Below, piece by piece: positions 14,424-27,960 of a stretch of DNA of 64,000 bases (its first letter is position 1; every line of letters starts with the position of its first letter). The translations under genes were made by a program, and so were the position numbers. The notes below the pieces were generated by a model. It was not told where the DNA came from and ran no database searches. It saw nothing but the letters and a program-made list of their open reading frames with translations. Origin of the DNA: Bigelowiella natans CCMP2755 (taxonomy: Eukaryota > Protista > Cercozoa); contig ADNK01002488.1 in NCBI GenBank assembly GCA_000320545.1, positions 24,480 through 88,479 of the forward strand. Direction: 5' to 3'.

Positions 14424-15676
14424 TGGATTGTGTCCAGAGGCAAATCCTGGTTCATCAACCCTGTGGATTTCCTGATTTCACCCGACCAATCAGAATGATG
14501 CTTCGGCTTGAGAAGCTACGAGAGAAGGAATATTTATATTTTTGTTGTCGTTCAATGAAAATAGCACACCTTTTACAACTTAATTATCGCAGTTTCATCT
14601 CAGGCAAGTTGTTTCTCTGGAGAGTGCTATAGAGTGTCCAGAGGTCTCTAGGTCTCTCTAGCCCTTTCGGTTGAAGAGTCTCCGGCTAGCTGGAGAGTGT
14701 CCGGAGGTGAATGCTAGGACATGTCAGTGGTCTAGATGGTGTCCGGAAGTGTCAGCATTGAATGAAGTAGGGTTGAGGGCACTCAAATTTTTGCGATGAA
14801 TTGTTGATGAATCGCTAAATGAATGCAAACGATGCGAATGTGCACAGTAGCATGTGCGCTTTGTCTGCAAAAGCACGCGTCCAAGTCTGCATCGCATAGG
14901 AAGCCCTGTACGTCAACAGCACTAGAGCATTCGAAACGTCATCAGTTCGAACAACGAGCTTGATGTAGAAAGTCGAGATGGGCGGGGCTCGACTTCATGG
15001 GCATCTACACACATGCATGTGCTTGCATGCGCGTACACGTACATTACATGACATGGACTATAAGTCCCTATATGCTCAATGTCGCGATCGATGACGTAGC
15101 GAGCTAGCGAGTGTTGCGCGGGCCTACGATGCAAGTTCACATTCATTGTGTCAACATGCAAGAAACACAACCCCAGCCACAATGCACAGCATGGCTTCTG
15201 GAACAGTTCCTGACTTATATTTTGTTCTTCCCAAAAATTATAACATTGTCATCATCTACAGGCTCATCTTGGCAAGTAGCCACGCAATGCGTCTAGAGGC
15301 GCACATGACGCACCATTTTGTTAGTTGTGACTGTTAGCAAGCTTTAGAGCAAGGTGGTGCAAACTATAGCGAAGGCAATCTATCTAACGAATAGCTAGCA
15401 TGACTAGACTAGAGTAAGTAGCCAGTGAATGTGTGGCACTTCAGTGTCGCATCGCTCATTGATTGCGGGCGCCACGCTACGTACAATCAGGCAAGACGAC
15501 CATCGCATCATCGCATGCTAGCATGTGCATCGTATCTACTGGCTGCTCTTGGCGCGAATCGAGTCTAGCGGGCAGTGATGAACATTAAAATTAACAACAA
15601 CATGCAGCGCGAATGATTTATGTGTGGTCAACGCCAGATACCATAGAAGCCCCAGGTTCTAAATTCATAAGGCCTT

Positions 15677-16854
15677 CTAGTAATTTCGACAGTCTTGGCA
15701 GAACCAATTTCCTTTGGGCTGCTGCGTTAAACCAACGCACTCGAAATGGAACCATTCATACTGTGAACAATCATCACATTAGATTTATATAATATCTTGA
15801 ACAAGAACAAATTCATATTCACCTGGCAGTTTTCTCCATCGCATCCAACCATATCTCCATACGATGGCCTTTGGCAGTAACAGTAGAGTTCCTCACTTGT
15901 CGATGATGAAACTGCTCCCTTCGAGGCACCATTTATTTTTGTGCACTTGTTTGGTTGAGAATCATAGGAGTCTTCAACACGTTGTCGTTTTCTGTGACTT
16001 TCGCCCTTTCTATTGGTGCGACTTGTAGATCCCCTTCCTGCAGAGGCCGCAGCAGCCTGGGCTTCCTGCAGTGCTTCCGCTGCAATTATGACAAAAATTA
16101 CATTATAACTAGGTCCTTCATCTTTCATATGGATAATGAAAGATCGGCCATGAGGAAATATGAAAAATTACCACATCTGTATGGTATACATGTGAGTATT
16201 ATTCCGAACATTATCCACATGCATACTCGTACATAGGCCACTTATAAATATATACAGGCTCAACATATAAAATTTATAGAAACTTAGAATGCTTGAAGAG
16301 TAGATCTTTCAAACCTCTTTGTTGTGCTCCTAATTCATCCTCGAACTTCCGTAAATCCTGTGAAAGGGATACACAAGTGAAATTTTAGTCCAAATACTTT
16401 TATTTCTATGAAACTTACCCTATCCAGTCTCGTCATGAAACTATTTGTGTAATATGCCGCCTGCTCAACGAGCTGTATCTTATCTTCGTTCAGGCTGTGT
16501 ATAAACTGGAGAAACATATAGATATTAAAACGTAGTGGGACAAATGAGAATGGTGATTTCTATTTAGCTCACCTTTTGATCTTTACGGATGCTACTCAAT
16601 TTCTTCGCAAAATCTGAAGGTGAAGCTTTATCTTCAGCTGCCATTTTGTAAACCTGGTTAAAAAGATAATAATTGGTTCTATTTGGGAGCCTCAATAATG
16701 TTGTTGGACTATTGACCTCTTCATACTTATTTTGTAGTTCAACTTTTAGTTGTGAGACTTTCTCATCGGTAACTCCGATTAGTGCATACGCTCTGTGGAT
16801 GTCGTTAGGGAGGTCTCGCAGGGAGTGGAGATAGGCCTCGATGTAGGTCGTCAT
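15677..16854 (-). CDS. ING: ING family PHD-finger protein (inhibitor of growth)
   Basis: N-terminal [21 protein letters not shown] finger [22 protein letters not shown]|[24 protein letters not shown]. Several short introns. Confidence 0.92.
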
Positions 16855-17626
16855 CTCTAATTGTGGCCAAACAAAAGTGAGAATTTTGTTCCCACATTTC
16901 AGTGTTGGTTATTACATTTTGACGCGCGGTGTAGCAATTGCCGTATGCTCGATGTAGCAGTTGCCGTATGCGGCAGAGAACAATGGCGCCCAAGGGGAAG
17001 GTATCGCCCTTTCCTTTCTGTCATTATGATATTGAGTCAAATCCAGGCTATTTTTTAATATATTACAGTCCCAAACTAATCGGATCGAAAAGTCATATTT
17101 AAAAATTCGGCGAAAGCTGTGGTTCTCTTTAAATCACAATATAGAAAGCTCTCTCACTTAATTTTATCCTATGTGTATAAAAAGTCTGCATTTATTTATT
17201 ACGACAATTATGTTATCCTTCAAGTGTCGAAAAAGAGGGATTCTGTATCGTGTGTGCTAAATCTTATGGTCTGAACTTTCGCATGGCGGAGTCTCAAGTG
17301 CGCGAGGAGCCGATCCCGTGGTAAATCCCTAATGCCTTGAAAGTATATCTTAAGTCAATATTTTTATCATGTCGCATTTAATTATTGTAGTAAAACATCG
17401 CCTGTATTGTATTTATTTTCACAGCTTATGTCTCACTTTCTGTAGGTAAAGCTGCAAGCCCCCTGCGCGGAAGTGATTACTCTGAAGGAGATCTGATAGA
17501 CTAGCCCCGTCGTCTGAGCGCTAAGGGAGCATAAGCATCAAGGTTCTGTGAACTTCATAGAACGAACGCGTGATATTTCTGCATAAATTTCTCATACATT
17601 ATTAAATCTTCGGTAGGTTCTTCCGC

Positions 17627-20600
17627 ATGTCTGCCACCACCACAATTTCTGCTGAAAAGCAGAAACTTCTGGAGGACAAGGCAAAGAAATGGGCAAAATT
17701 GAACCAGAAACGATATGGAGAGAAGAAAAAGTTTGGGTATGTTGAGGTGCAGAAGGAAGATATGCCTCCGGAGCACCTTAGGAAGATCGTGAAAGATCAT
17801 GGAGATATGAGCAACAGGAAATTCAGACACGATAAGCGTGTCTACCTCGGAGCTCTTAAATACGTACCACACGCCGTACTGAAGCTGCTTGAGAACGTAC
17901 CCATGCCCTGGGAACAGGTAGGACTTTATATCCCAAACCTAACTATTTAAGTTCCTAATTTTTAAATATCTTCACAGATCCGAAACGTGAAGATTTTGTA
18001 TCATGTTACTGGGGCAATCACATTCGTCAACGAAATACCATGGGTTGTAGAACCAATCTACATTGCACAATGGTCCACAATGTGGTTAATGATGCGCCGA
18101 GAGAAGCGAGACCGTCACCACTTCAAGAGGATGCGATTTCCCCCTTTCGACGACGAAGAACCTCCTCTAGATTATGGAGAGAACATTTTGGATGTAGAGC
18201 CTATGCTTGAACCAATTCAAATGGAACTTGATGAAGATGAGGATGCTGCTGTATTCGAATGGTTCTACGACCACCGTCCGTTGCAATACACGAAGCTCAT
18301 TAAGGGACCAAGTTATCGTCAATGGCGATTAACGATCCCTATTCTAGCATCTTTGCATCGACTCGCTGGACAATTGTTGAGTAACCTTAGCGATAAAAAC
18401 TACTTTTATTTATTTGATCTACCGTCATTCTGCACAGCGAAGGCGTTGAACTGTGCCATTCCAGGAGGCCCAAAGTTCGAGCCTTTATACCGTGATATCG
18501 AAGATGACGACGAGGATTGGAACGATTTCAACGATATCAACAAAATTATTATTCGGCAACAAATTCGTACAGAATACAAGATCGCTTTCCCTTACTTATA
18601 CAATAGCAGGCCTCGAAAAGTGAAATCATCCGCTTATCACCACCCTGTCCTGTGCTACATCAAACCCGAAGACCCCGACCTTCCAGCTTACTATTTCGAC
18701 CCAGTGTTGAATCCAATTCCTCACTACAGGTCTCATGGAAAGGAAGAGAAAGAAGACGATGAGATCTTCGACGATGATTTTGTCTTGCCAAGCGATGTTG
18801 AGCCGATGCTGAAGGACTTCAAACTTTTCACTGACTACACAGCGGATGGAATCGAATTGATACATGCTCGGAGACCATTCTGCTTGAGAACAGGAAGAAC
18901 TAGACGCTGCGTAGATATACCATTGATTAAAACTTGGTATCAGGAACACTGTCCCTCGACCTATCCAGTTAAGGTTCGAGTGAGCTACCAGAAATTGCTC
19001 AAATGTTGGGTTCTGAACGAATTGCATCATCGGCCACCAAAAAGTCTGAACAAGAAGTTCCTCTTCAAAGCTTTCAAGCATACCAAGTTTTTCCAAACAA
19101 CTGAACTTGATTGGTTAGAAGCGGGATTGCAAGTATGTCGTCAGGGATACAATATGTTGAACCTCCTCATTCACCGTAAGAACTTGAACTATCTGCACCT
19201 TGATTACAACTTCAACTTGAAACCGGTGAAAACCTTGACAACAAAGGAGCGTAAGAAGTCGCGTTTCGGTAACGCTTTCCATTTGACCAGAGAAATATTA
19301 CGTTTGACGAAATTAGTCATGGATGCGCACGTGCAGTATCGACTCTCAAACATTGATGCTTACCAGATGGCAGACGGTCTCCAGTATATCTTCGCTCACG
19401 TAGGACAGCTTACTGGAATGTACCGATACAAGTATCGTCTCATGCGTCAAATTCGTATGTGCAAGGACATCAAGCATGTTATCTATTATCGCTTCAACAC
19501 TGGAGCAGTAGGAAAGGGTCCCGGTTGCGGATTCTGGGCTCCTGGATGGCGAGTGTGGATCTTCTTCATGCGTGGAATTGTACCTTTGTTGGAGCGATGG
19601 CTTGGAAATCTTCTTGCTCGTCAGTTCGAGGGAAGGCAGAACAAAGGTATTGAACAATTAAGTGTTTTCTAACTCCGGGCATGCCGCATATCAAAAAATG
19701 AGCCCTAAATAAAGCCGTATATATAGTTCGTTGCTCATTAAATTTTACACCTTTCAGGTATTGCTTCAACAATCACAAAGCAGCGTGTGGAAAGTCAGTA
19801 CGACCTTGAATTGCGAGCTGCAGTTATGCACGATATTCTGGACATGATGCCCGAAGGTGTGAAAGCGAACAAATCTCGTACTATCCTACAGCACTTGAGC
19901 GAAGCATGGAGATGCTGGAAAGCAAATATTCCATGGAAAGTTCCCGGGCTCCCCGTACCAATTGAAAATATGATTCTTCGATACGTGAAATCTAAGGCCG
20001 ATTGGTGGACCAATGTTGCACATTACAACCGTGAACGAATCCGCCGAGGGGCTACTGTGGATAAGACAGTGTGTAAGAAAAACCTTGGTCGACTTACCCG
20101 TCTCTGGTTGAAGAACGAGCAAGAACGACAGCACAACTATCTGAAGGATGGACCATACGTGTCTTCTGAGGAAGCTGTTGCCATCTACACAACCTGTGTA
20201 CGATGGTTGGAGAGCAGAAAGTTCTCCCCTATTCCTTTCCCGCCTCTATCATACAAGCATGACACCAAGCTCCTCATTCTAGCCTTGGAGCGGTTGAAGG
20301 AGGCTTACTCGGTTAAGGTTAGGCTGAACCAATCTCAGCGTGAAGAGCTTGGCTTGGTGGAGCAAGCGTATGACAACCCCCACGAAGCTCTTTCACGAAT
20401 CAAACGTCATCTTCTCACGCAGCGCGCCTTCAAGGAAGTCGGGATTGAATTCATGGACTTGTACAGCCACTTGATCCCAGTGTACGACATCGAGCCCTTG
20501 GAGAAGATCACGGACTCCTACTTAGACCAGTATTTGTGGTATGAGGCAGACAAGCGGCACCTGTTCCCTAACTGGGTCAAGCCCGCCGACTCGGAGCCAG

Positions 20601-23600
20601 CCCCTATGCTTGTGTACAAATGGTGCCAGGGAATAAACAACCTCAACGAGGTCTGGGATACCAGCGAAGGCCAGTGCCTCGTGCTGATGGAGACGAAATT
20701 CGACAAGGTGTTCGAGAAGATCGACCTGACCTTGCTGAACCGTCTGTTGAGGCTCATCCTTGATCACAACATTGCTGATTACATCACCGGCAAGAACAAC
20801 GTGGTGATCAACTACAAGGATATGAACCACACGAATTCATACGGTCTCATCCGTGGATTGCAATTTGCGACATTTATTTTCCAATTCTATGGCCTGGTGC
20901 TTGACCTTCTCGTCTTGGGCCTGACACGAGCTTCAGAAATAGCTGGGCCCCCTGAATCTCCCAACGACTTCCTTACTTTCAAGGATACCAAATCAGAGAC
21001 AAAGCACCCCATTCGTCTGTACTGCCGTTACGTCGAGGAGTTCTACATGGTGCTCCAATTCGACGCTGAAGAGGCAAAAGAATTGATTCAAAGATACCTC
21101 ACCGAGAACCCTGATCCTAACAATGAGAATATTGTTGGTTACAATAATAAGAAGTGCTGGCCAAGAGACTGCAGGTAGGCTCCTTACCACACTGAATCCA
21201 TTAAAATCGAATATCTTTTTAGCACGAAAACTGATAAAATTTTATCTTAATTAAAAATTTAAATGAACTGATCCTTCCTTTCTCCTACTTTCCCGCTCTT
21301 TGTGCCCCTCTTCCTTGTTTACAGAATGAGACTAATGAAACATGACGTCAACCTTGGTCGCGGAGTGTTCTGGGACATCAAAAATAGGCTGCCGAGATCC
21401 ATTACTTCAATTAATTGGGATGATTCTTTCGTCAGTGTGTACAGCAGAGACAATCCAAACCTCCTCTTCAACATGAGTGGTTTTGATGTGCGCATTCTTC
21501 CAAAGGTGAGAATGGTGCAGGAAGAGTTCTCTATAACTGACGGTACGTGGAATCTCCAAAACGAAAGTACCAAAGAGCGAACTGCTGTGGCATATCTTCG
21601 AGTCGATCAAGCAGCAATTGAAAAGTTCAACAATCGTGTCCGGCAGATCCTCATGTCTTCAGGAGCCACCACTTTCACAAAGATTGCGAATAAATGGAAC
21701 ACATGCGTTATTGGATTAATGACGTACTTCAGAGAGGCCGCGATCCATACAAGAGAGTTGCTCGACTTGCTTGTCAAGTGCGAGAATAAAATCCAGACTC
21801 GTATAAAGATCGGGTTGAACTCGAAGATGCCCAGTCGTTTCCCCCCCGTGGTGTTCTATACGCCCAAAGAATTAGGCGGGTTGGGGATGATATCTATGGG
21901 GCACGTACTTATACCTCAGAGTGACAGGAGATGGTCAAAGCAGACTAGCACTGGAATCACCCATTTCCGCTCTGGTATGAGCCACGATGATGGGCAGCTG
22001 ATCCCTAACCTTTACCGATACATCCAACCGTGGGAATCCGAGTTCATAGACTCGCAACGCGTCTGGGCTGAATACGCACTGAAACGCTCAGAAGCGAACG
22101 CGCAGAACCGCCGGCTGACCCTGGAGGACCTCGAGGATTCGTGGGACCGCGGAATCCCCCGCATAAACACGTTGTTCCAGAAAGACAGGCACACCCTGGC
22201 TTACGACAAGGGCTGGAGGATTCGAACGGAGTGGAAGATGTACCAAGTGCTCAGGCAGAACCCGTTCTGGTGGACTCACCAGAGGCACGACGGAAAGCTG
22301 TGGAACCTGAACAATTACAGGACAGACGTGATCCAAGCTCTCGGTGGTGTGGAGGGTATTCTGGAGCACACCTTGTTCAAGGGTACGTACTTCCCAACGT
22401 GGGAGGGTCTGTTCTGGGAGAAGGCTTCCGGCTTTGAGGAGTCGATGAAGTACAAGAAGCTCACGAACGCACAGAGGTCTGGATTGAACCAGATCCCCAA
22501 CCGTCGGTTCACCCTCTGGTGGTCTCCGACTATCAACCGTGCGAACGTGTACGTAGGTTTCCAGGTGCAGCTGGATCTCACTGGCATTTTCATGCACGGA
22601 AAGATCCCTACGCTCAAGATCTCCCTCATCCAGATCTTCAGGGCCCACTTGTGGCAGAAGATTCACGAGAGTGTGGTGATGGACCTCTGCCAAGTCTTCG
22701 ATCAAGAGCTGGATGCGCTTCTGATCGAAACGGTGCAGAAGGAGACCATCCACCCGCGCAAGTCCTACAAGATGAACAGTTCCTGCGCAGATATCCTGCT
22801 GTTCGCATCGTACAAATGGCCGATCACCCGCCCGTCCCTGCTGAACGACACAAACGATTCAGACGATGGAAATACCTCGACCAAGTTCTGGCTCGACGTT
22901 CAGCTTCGGTGGGGAGACTACGATTCCCACGATATCGAACGTTACGTCAGGGCTAAATTCCTGGATTACACTACAGACAGTATGTCTCTATATCCCTCAC
23001 CCACGGGATGCTTGATCGGCATCGATCTCGCATATAACATTTACAGTTCGTTCGGAAACTGGTTCCCCGGCTGCAAGGCCCTGCTCCAACAGGCCATGGC
23101 CAAGATCATCAAGGCTAACCCAGCGTTGTATGTGTTGCGGGAGCGCATTCGCAAGGGACTGCAGCTGTACAGTTCCGAGCCCACGGAACCTTACCTGAAC
23201 TCGCAGAACTACGGGGAGCTGTTCAGCAACCAAGTGATCTGGTTCGTGGATGACTCCAACGTCTACCGAGTCACCATCCATAAGTCCTTCGAAGGAAACC
23301 TGGTCACGAAACCGATCAACGGAGCCATTTTCATCTTCAACCCCCGGACGGGCCAACTCTTCCTCAAGATCATTCACACCTCCGTTTGGGCCGGGCAAAA
23401 GCGTCTGACGCAGCTCGCCAAGTGGAAAACTGCCGAGGAAGTCTGCGCGTTGATCCGTGCGCTCCCCGCTGAGGAGCAGCCGAAGCAGATCATCGTGTCC
23501 AGGAAAGGGTTGTTAGACCCTCTCGAGGTCCACTTGCTCGACTTCCCTAACATCGTGATCAAGGGAAGCGAGCTCCAGCTGCCATTCCAATCTTGCCTGA

Positions 23601-24913
23601 AGATCGAGAAATTTGGTGATCTGATCTTGAAAGCAACCTCGCCGCAGATGGTCCTCTTCAACCTCTATGACGACTGGCTCAAGGCGATCGCCTCCTACAC
23701 CGCATTCTCACGTCTGATCCTCATTCTGCGCGCGCTCCACATTAACAATGACCGAACGAAAGCGCTCTTGAGGCCTGACAAGACGACTATCACTGAGACG
23801 CACAACGTGTGGCCTTCGCTCACCGATGACCAGTGGGTGAAGGTGGAGGTGAACCTCAAAAACCTTATTCTGGCCGACTACGGCAAGAAGAATAACGTCA
23901 ATGTTCAGTCTTTAACTCAATCCGAAATTCGTGACATCATCCTCGGTGCCGAGATTACGCCACCGTCGCAACAGCGTCAAGAAATGGAGGAGATAGAGAA
24001 GAACGCCAAGGAGGAGTCGCAGTCGATTGCAATCACAACCCGTGCCACAAACAAGCATGGGGATTCCATGCTAATTACCACTACCAGCCAGTATGAGCAG
24101 AAGACTTTCTCTTCGAAAACAGATTGGCGAGTGCGTGCCATCTCGGCAACAAACCTGTACTTGAGAACCAACCACATCTATGTGTCATCTGACGATGTGG
24201 ATGAGTCTGGGTTCACGTATGTCATGCCGAAGAATATCCTCAAAAAGTTCATCTGTATCTCGGATCTAAGAACGCAAATTGCGGGTTTCATGTACGGTGT
24301 CAGTCCTCCTGACCACTCTCAAGTGAAGGAGATCCGATGCTTGGTGCTCCCCCCTCAATGGGGAACGCATCAGCAAGTGACTCTACCTCATGAGCTCCCA
24401 GAACATCACTACCTCAAAGACCTTGAGCCACTAGGATGGATCCATACACAACCGAACGAGCTTCCTCAATTGGCCCCCCAGGACGTGACAGCTATGTCAA
24501 AGATCTTCTCAGATAACCCAAGCTGGGATATGAAGAAGTGCATCACGGTCACATGCTCATTCACACCTGGTTCGTGCTCCCTGACCGCCTACAAGCTGAC
24601 GAGCTCTGGCTTAGAGTGGGGTCGCCAGTGCAAGGACCCTCTCCAGAATCCTCAAGGCTATTTGCCAACGCACTACAAAAGGGTTCAGATGTTGCTCTCG
24701 GACAACTTCTTGGGCTTCTTCATGACTCCTGACACTGGTTCGTGGAATTATAATTTCATGGGTATGAAGCACTCGACAAATATGAAGTACGGCCTTAAAG
24801 TTGAGAATCCGAAAGAATTCTATCACGAGACTCATCGAACCTCGCATTTCCTCAAGTTTTCGTCGGAGGAGCAGGCAGGAGAAGGCGCTGATCGTGAGGA
24901 TATGTTCGCTTAG
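17627..24913 (+). CDS. PRP8: Pre-mRNA processing factor 8 (U5 snRNP), about 2321 aa, 4 exons
   Basis: Highly conserved PRP8 sequence. Exons 17627-17917, 17978-19646, 19758-21174, 21325-24913 join in frame. All three introns are GT-AG. Confidence 0.99.
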
Positions 24914-25020
24914 AATTACTGTTCGAGTCGTAATTGTAAAGATGTGCCTTTGTATAATTTCGACAACATCTCTATTTGTCACGAAATTTATCGAATAGAA
25001 ATCAGATGGACACACAATTA

Positions 25021-25794
25021 TGTTCGCGTGCTAGACATGCTGCTGACTCATTTTTGACGCCTGCTCCTGTGCACAAGCCCACAATTGCGTACATCCATCA
25101 TGCATGTGCGTTGCATTGTGTTGTTGAAATGCGCGTGCTGCTTTTTCTGTGCTGAAACGGACAAATGCAACTTGAACGCTGTGACCACTGCTTTGTAAAG
25201 CTGCATTGCGATGCGATGACAACTGAACAAATTCAATCATTTGTGTTTGTCATTTGTCATTCTAGCATTCTAGCATTGCATGCATTCGTCCCATTCTAGC
25301 ATTTCCCATCCAGTCATCTCCACTAGCTAGCTAGCTAGCCAGTCCAGGCTAGCAGGTGTCCAGGTCTCCAGATCTGCTAGCTAGCTGCTAGCTAGTCTGT
25401 TCAGTCAAAGAAAGGAAAAAGAATGTGTCAATCTAGTGATGTGACATTTTCACAAACTGAATTAGACTTGCATCCAAAGCCATTGAAATTGCAATCTAGC
25501 AGATGAGTTGGTGAGGCTTTCAGCATTGACATCAATCATTGATGGCCAAGCTAGCCAGTCTAGAAGTGTGTGCGTGCGTTGCTGCAATGATCTCTCTAGC
25601 TCTGGACCTCTCACTCTCACGCTAGCACGTCCAAGCAACCCCAGCTCTCTAGCTCTGCAGCTAGCCCTGGAGCCAGCCAGCGGTGCGTGGGTCTGCATCC
25701 AGGCACCCGCACTGCGCTCACTCGAAGCAGCAATTTTGGAAACAAATCAAGGATCTTTTCACTCTGTGACATCTCATCTCTGTTGTCGCGCAAA
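25021..25794. other. CTAG-rich, otherwise TpA-depleted island downstream of PRP8
   Basis: Hand count: 24 TpA, of which 21 lie in CTAG; includes (CTAG)n runs. Confidence 0.85.
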
Positions 25795-25954
25795 GTAGTG
25801 CGTCTTGACTACCTGAAGAAAAAGAGGGAAATCGCCCTCCATTCCACTCGTGTGTAGCACATCGGAGCTTCGTGACAAAAGTAAGGAAACTTAGTGCCTT
25901 GTGTGAGCACCCAGTTGCAACCGGCAGGATCCCACTCGGTATTTCACTAATAGA

Positions 25955-27293
25955 ATGAACATGGCTCTTGCCGCCATTGTTCTCTGTGCACAGCTTGTCA
26001 GCGCAGTGGTGCACCCACAGAATGACGGCCAAGAATCTCTACACATTCTTCAAGCGGTTACCCCTAATTGCCCTAATGAACCTGATGATGATACCTGATA
26101 ATGAAATCTAGGAGACGTGAAGCTTGCTTTTTTAATCAGGTCTTTGGGTCTGACAACAGCACGAGCAACGTGGAGAGAAATTGGTTCAGAGAAATGTATG
26201 TTCCCTCGGACATGCCAGAGGGATCTTATCTATCAATTAAGCCGAACCCAATAATTGAATTCGATGCCAGTATACCGGATAACGTAGACAATCTCTTTAA
26301 CACGGAAAAGGTTTGCCACTAATGTAGTCATGTTGTCATGTTCGTCGCAATGATGTTTTGTGGCTGCAGATGCAGTGGCACAAAAAGATGGAGTGTTACG
26401 TGCTGTAATGATAGTACAACGACACTGGCTACTAAAGATTTGACATAGGAGTAGCAGAGATGATATTCACCATTGGCACACCATTTCAGCACACAGCCGG
26501 GTAATTCTCATTTTCAAATAATCACCAGGAATTACAAAGCGTCCTAATCATACAAATTGAGACACGTCATGAGGGCTTCCTTGAAAGTGGAAAGAAGATC
26601 AATAAAATGTATGCAGACAAACAGAGAGGCGTAAGCTACAGGAGTACTTCAAGATTTACCCAGGAAGCCTTCGCCGAACTTCCTCCATACTGGGCTAAGG
26701 TCAAAATTATGCTCGAGGAAGCAAAAGCTTCGACACACGATTTCGTGGTTTGGTTGGATGGTGATGCTGTGGTGGCTGAACATTCCCGACGATTTGACCG
26801 ATTGAGGTACTTTGACGACGAGAAGACGGTAATGGTGGTTGGTAAGGATAATGCTATGTGGTACGACCCGGAGAAGAGTGATATGCTTTGCTCCGGAGTG
26901 TGGGTCGTCAGAAACAATGAGAACGGCAAGGCGTTTCTTCAGAAGTGGTGGGACAAATATGAGCAAATAAAATCTCGGTGGGAGTTTAACCAAACAACTG
27001 GGAACTGGGCATGCGATAAATGTAAATGGGCTGGGCATGAATTTGAGCAGGGGGCATTGAACGAATTATATCGTGATGGGGGGAAGAGGGATGGTATCAT
27101 GCACAATGCTCCGTGGTACCTGTTTAACAATCGTCTCACAAAAGCAATTGGAAACTCTGCTCTAGCGAACTCGCCTCGTGCAAGGCGATGGAACGAACAG
27201 GACCCCCAGTTTGTTTGTCATTTTGCAGGAATGACATCAAAGAACAGAGAACTAGGAATGAAAGAAGTTTTGAAACACGTAAATAACTCATAG
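25955..27293 (+). CDS. Glycosyltransferase family 34-like (GMA12/MNN10)
   Basis: YWAKV, WLDGDA (DxD), LCSGVWVVRNN...FLQKWW, FEQGAL, FVCHFAG. Probable signal/anchor MNMALAAIVLCAQLVSAVV. 5' exon structure uncertain. Confidence 0.8.
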
Positions 27294-27420
27294 CACATAG
27301 CCATTGATTATGGCCATGATGTGAGATTCATCAATGACCTTTGTAGCTTTGTGGTTGACTGAGGTTTGATGGCATTCGACTGTAGCTTTAAAACGAGCAG
27401 TTCTCGACGCATTGCTCCCG

Positions 27421-27960
27421 CATCGTGTCAGCAGCGCGCGCATCTAGGCATGATGAAAACGCATCCGAATGAAGGATGCTGGTGCTGAAGTGACACAAGC
27501 CTTGCTAGCTTGACAAGTTGAAGCGGCTATCTCTAGCTAGCTAGCTAGCTGGATCTAGCCATGATGCTAAAAATTTTCCATTGTCCTCCAAACAGATGTC
27601 ATACCTTGACATGTCGCTTCTCATGGTTCATTTGTGCGTCTAGGCGTGCTAGCGTGCCAACATGCTAGCATGCTAGCATGGCTAGATGGCTAATTTCCAG
27701 TCATGTTCACATGTTTGTGAAATCGACGCGTTCATTCATCATGCATGATCAGATCGAACAATCATGCGTGACTGATTGCTAGCTAGTCATCTAGCTTTGG
27801 CCTGCATTTTCAACGGTTCATTGACACAAAGCTGGCTGGTCTAATGGAGGTCATGAAGACGACCAGTCTAGCAGTGCAATGTGAGTGCAAAACTAGAAAA
27901 ATGCATCAGCTAGAAATGGTCTCCTCACTAGCTCAGCTCATGTCAATTTGTCACCCAGGA
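27421..27960. other. CTAG-rich, otherwise TpA-depleted island between convergent genes
   Basis: Hand count: 19 CTAG versus 5 other TpA, 4 of which are CTA-. Confidence 0.85.

Noticed and set aside
22400-22450. PRP8 intein
   Set aside because: The canonical insertion site [11 protein letters not shown] is uninterrupted and the total protein length is normal.
18626-25015. Antisense ORFs over PRP8, and similar ones over MnmG and the 43588 ORF
   Set aside because: Shadow ORFs caused by codon bias, with no recognisable motifs.
25021-27960. CTAG islands as ordinary 5mCpG deamination or RIP
   Set aside because: CpG (GCGC, CGCG) remains common and TpA is lost rather than gained outside CTAG.
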